From an uncultured bacterium (lineage in GTDB: Bacteria; Bacillota_I; Bacilli_A; RFN20; CAG-826): a stretch of DNA of 64,000 nt. Positions 63,247-64,000 of the stretch are shown here, piece after piece. The number at the start of each line of letters is the position of its first letter. Within the stretch, counting starts at the first letter, position 1. Position numbers and translations under genes: made by a program. The stretch covers positions 1,450-65,449 of the forward strand of contig CASDYZ010000025.1 in NCBI GenBank assembly GCA_949285325.1, in the 5' to 3' direction. The notes under the pieces were generated by a model, which saw only the letters and a program-made list of their open reading frames with translations, had not been told where the DNA came from and searched no databases.

Positions 63247-63755
63247 ATCAATGAAGAGCGCGCACGTGAGAGACGTCGTGTAAGATTATAAGGGCGCACA
63301 AAGTATCAAAAGCGTTGCGTGAAGTTAACCCAAAACAGCTAAGAGAATAAAAGTGTTGTGCTATATATAATTCACCCATCTAGCTGTTTTTTATATTTTT
63401 TTTAAACAGTTTTTAATTGCTATATAAAAAAAGCTTTGACGACAAGTAAATATTTTTAAATAATAACTTTTTAACTTTGATAAAATTATCAATAATCATA
63501 TTTAAAAACAAGGCTTTTATTAATGATAATTTTTAAAAAACTGTTCAAAACTTACCTATTTTCGTTGTTTTTTCATGTTTTTAATTATGTTCTAATAATT
63601 ATTAAAGAATGAATTTTTTGTATTAATTTATCAGTATAACATTCCTTTAATAAAATATGATTATTACACTGTCTTTTAACAATTTAATGTTGAAAATAAT
63701 TTTAAAAATCAATAAAATACAACTTGCATATAAAGGGACCTCTTTATATGATTAT

Positions 63756-63840
63756 GCACCTGTGGCGGAACTGGTAGACGCACTAGACTTAGGATCTAGC
63801 GAGGCGACTCGTGCAAGTTCGATTCTTGTCAGGTGCACCA
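63756..63840 (+). tRNA. tRNA-Leu (anticodon UAG), long variable arm
   Basis: Acceptor stem GCACCTG/CAGGTGC, anticodon loop CTTAGGA, extended variable arm, encoded CCA. Confidence 0.8.
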
Positions 63841-63870
63841 TAATGGTAATTCATGTCTGATACTCCAAAA

Positions 63871-64000
63871 TGAACTGAACCCCATTTAGTTCACCATTAT
63901 CAGATTAGACACCTCTTAAGTTAAAATATACTTAGGAGGTTTTTTATTATGAAAAAAACTAAACCAAAGAGATTTACCAATGAATTTAAAGCAAAAGTGA
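63871..64000 (+). mobile_element. left end of an IS3-family (IS150-group-like) insertion sequence, extending beyond the window
   Basis: The sequence TGAACTGAACCCCATTTAGTTCACC resembles the IS150-type left inverted repeat (TGTACTGCACCCATTTTGTTGG...). About 75 nt later an AGGAGG RBS precedes the ORF (listed separately below). Confidence 0.45.
63949..64000 (+). CDS. IS3-family transposase OrfA (helix-turn-helix), 5' fragment
   Basis: Start ATG after AGGAGG; MKKTKPKRFTNEFKAKV resembles IS3 OrfA N-termini (R.FS.EFK...V). Confidence 0.4.
   Translation, partial: MKKTKPKRFTNEFKAKV

Noticed and set aside
62710-63299. Three minus-strand ORFs (62710-62895, 62882-63130, 63018-63299) in the inter-tRNA region
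   Set aside because: Two of them (62882-63130, 63018-63299) are translations of the tandem-repeat blocks on the opposite strand (FCTIFCTIFCT..., FFVSFSVSFFF). 62710-62895 is hydrophobic low-complexity. None has an RBS. The plus-strand winged-helix remnants explain the region better.
63657-63860. 67-aa plus-strand ORF spanning tRNA-Leu
   Set aside because: Its 3' half is the tRNA-Leu(UAG) gene, whose cloverleaf and CCA are clear. The ORF is an artefact of reading through a structural RNA.
63843-63912. Imperfect inverted repeat (TAATGGTAATTCATGTCTGATA ... TATCAGATTAGACACC / TCACCATTA) after tRNA-Leu
   Set aside because: Its arms are mismatched and it overlaps the IS150-like left inverted repeat, which explains the TGAACTGAACCCC segment more simply. 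Probably incidental.

Overview
This 64 kb window comes from a low-GC genome (roughly 30% GC) that uses the standard genetic code; UGA is clearly a stop, because the genes are intact under code 11. The gene content points to an anaerobic Firmicutes- or Acholeplasma/Erysipelotrichia-like organism. I saw nothing resembling a CRISPR array, prophage structural genes or rRNA.

In order along the window:
- **1-7 kb, accessory-looking surface-protein locus:** a FtsE/FtsX-like ABC pair whose ATPase gene is split by a frameshift in a poly-A run; an acidic lipoprotein; a membrane-anchored M6 (InhA)-like zinc metalloprotease; a small lipoprotein. The locus ends at the 3' end of a minus-strand tRNA whose anticodon I read as AGG (A34).
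- **7.4-17 kb, conserved Firmicutes synteny:** uvrA, an unusually long lgt, ppaX-like HAD phosphatase, trxB, rapZ and whiA with no yvcK between them, an XRE regulator, degV.
- **16.6-25 kb:** a DUF3810-like HExxH membrane protein plus a stand-alone rubredoxin, a heterodimeric ABC exporter pair, a zinc-phospholipase-C-like protein, a second M6-like metalloprotease (lipoprotein paralog of the first), a small kinase-fold protein, prs.
- **26-30.7 kb, queuosine salvage cluster:** a candidate preQ1-I riboswitch, queT, a flavodiiron protein with a fused rubredoxin domain, tgt, queA, queH.
- **31-45.8 kb, S10-spc-alpha ribosomal superoperon:** rpsJ through rplQ including secY, adk, map, infA, rpmJ and rpoA. 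Several r-proteins carry Lys/Glu-rich extensions and no L30 gene is present.
- **46-52.8 kb:** preT/preA-like NAD-dependent dihydropyrimidine dehydrogenase, then a trimeric electron-bifurcating-type [FeFe]-hydrogenase (hydC, hydB, hydA). The HydA L1 H-cluster motif reads TSCSPGW instead of the canonical TSCCPxW.
- **52.9-62 kb:** cysS, rlmB, a SigH-like sigma factor, ecfA1/ecfA2/ecfT, truA, a YebC-family regulator, an HI0933-family flavoprotein on the minus strand, rplM, rpsI.
- **62-64 kb:** a tRNA cluster (Ile-GAU, Val-CAC, Thr-UGU, then Leu-UAG) with 12-nt tandem repeats and two degenerate winged-helix gene remnants between the tRNAs. The left end of an IS3/IS150-like element starts about 30 nt after tRNA-Leu.
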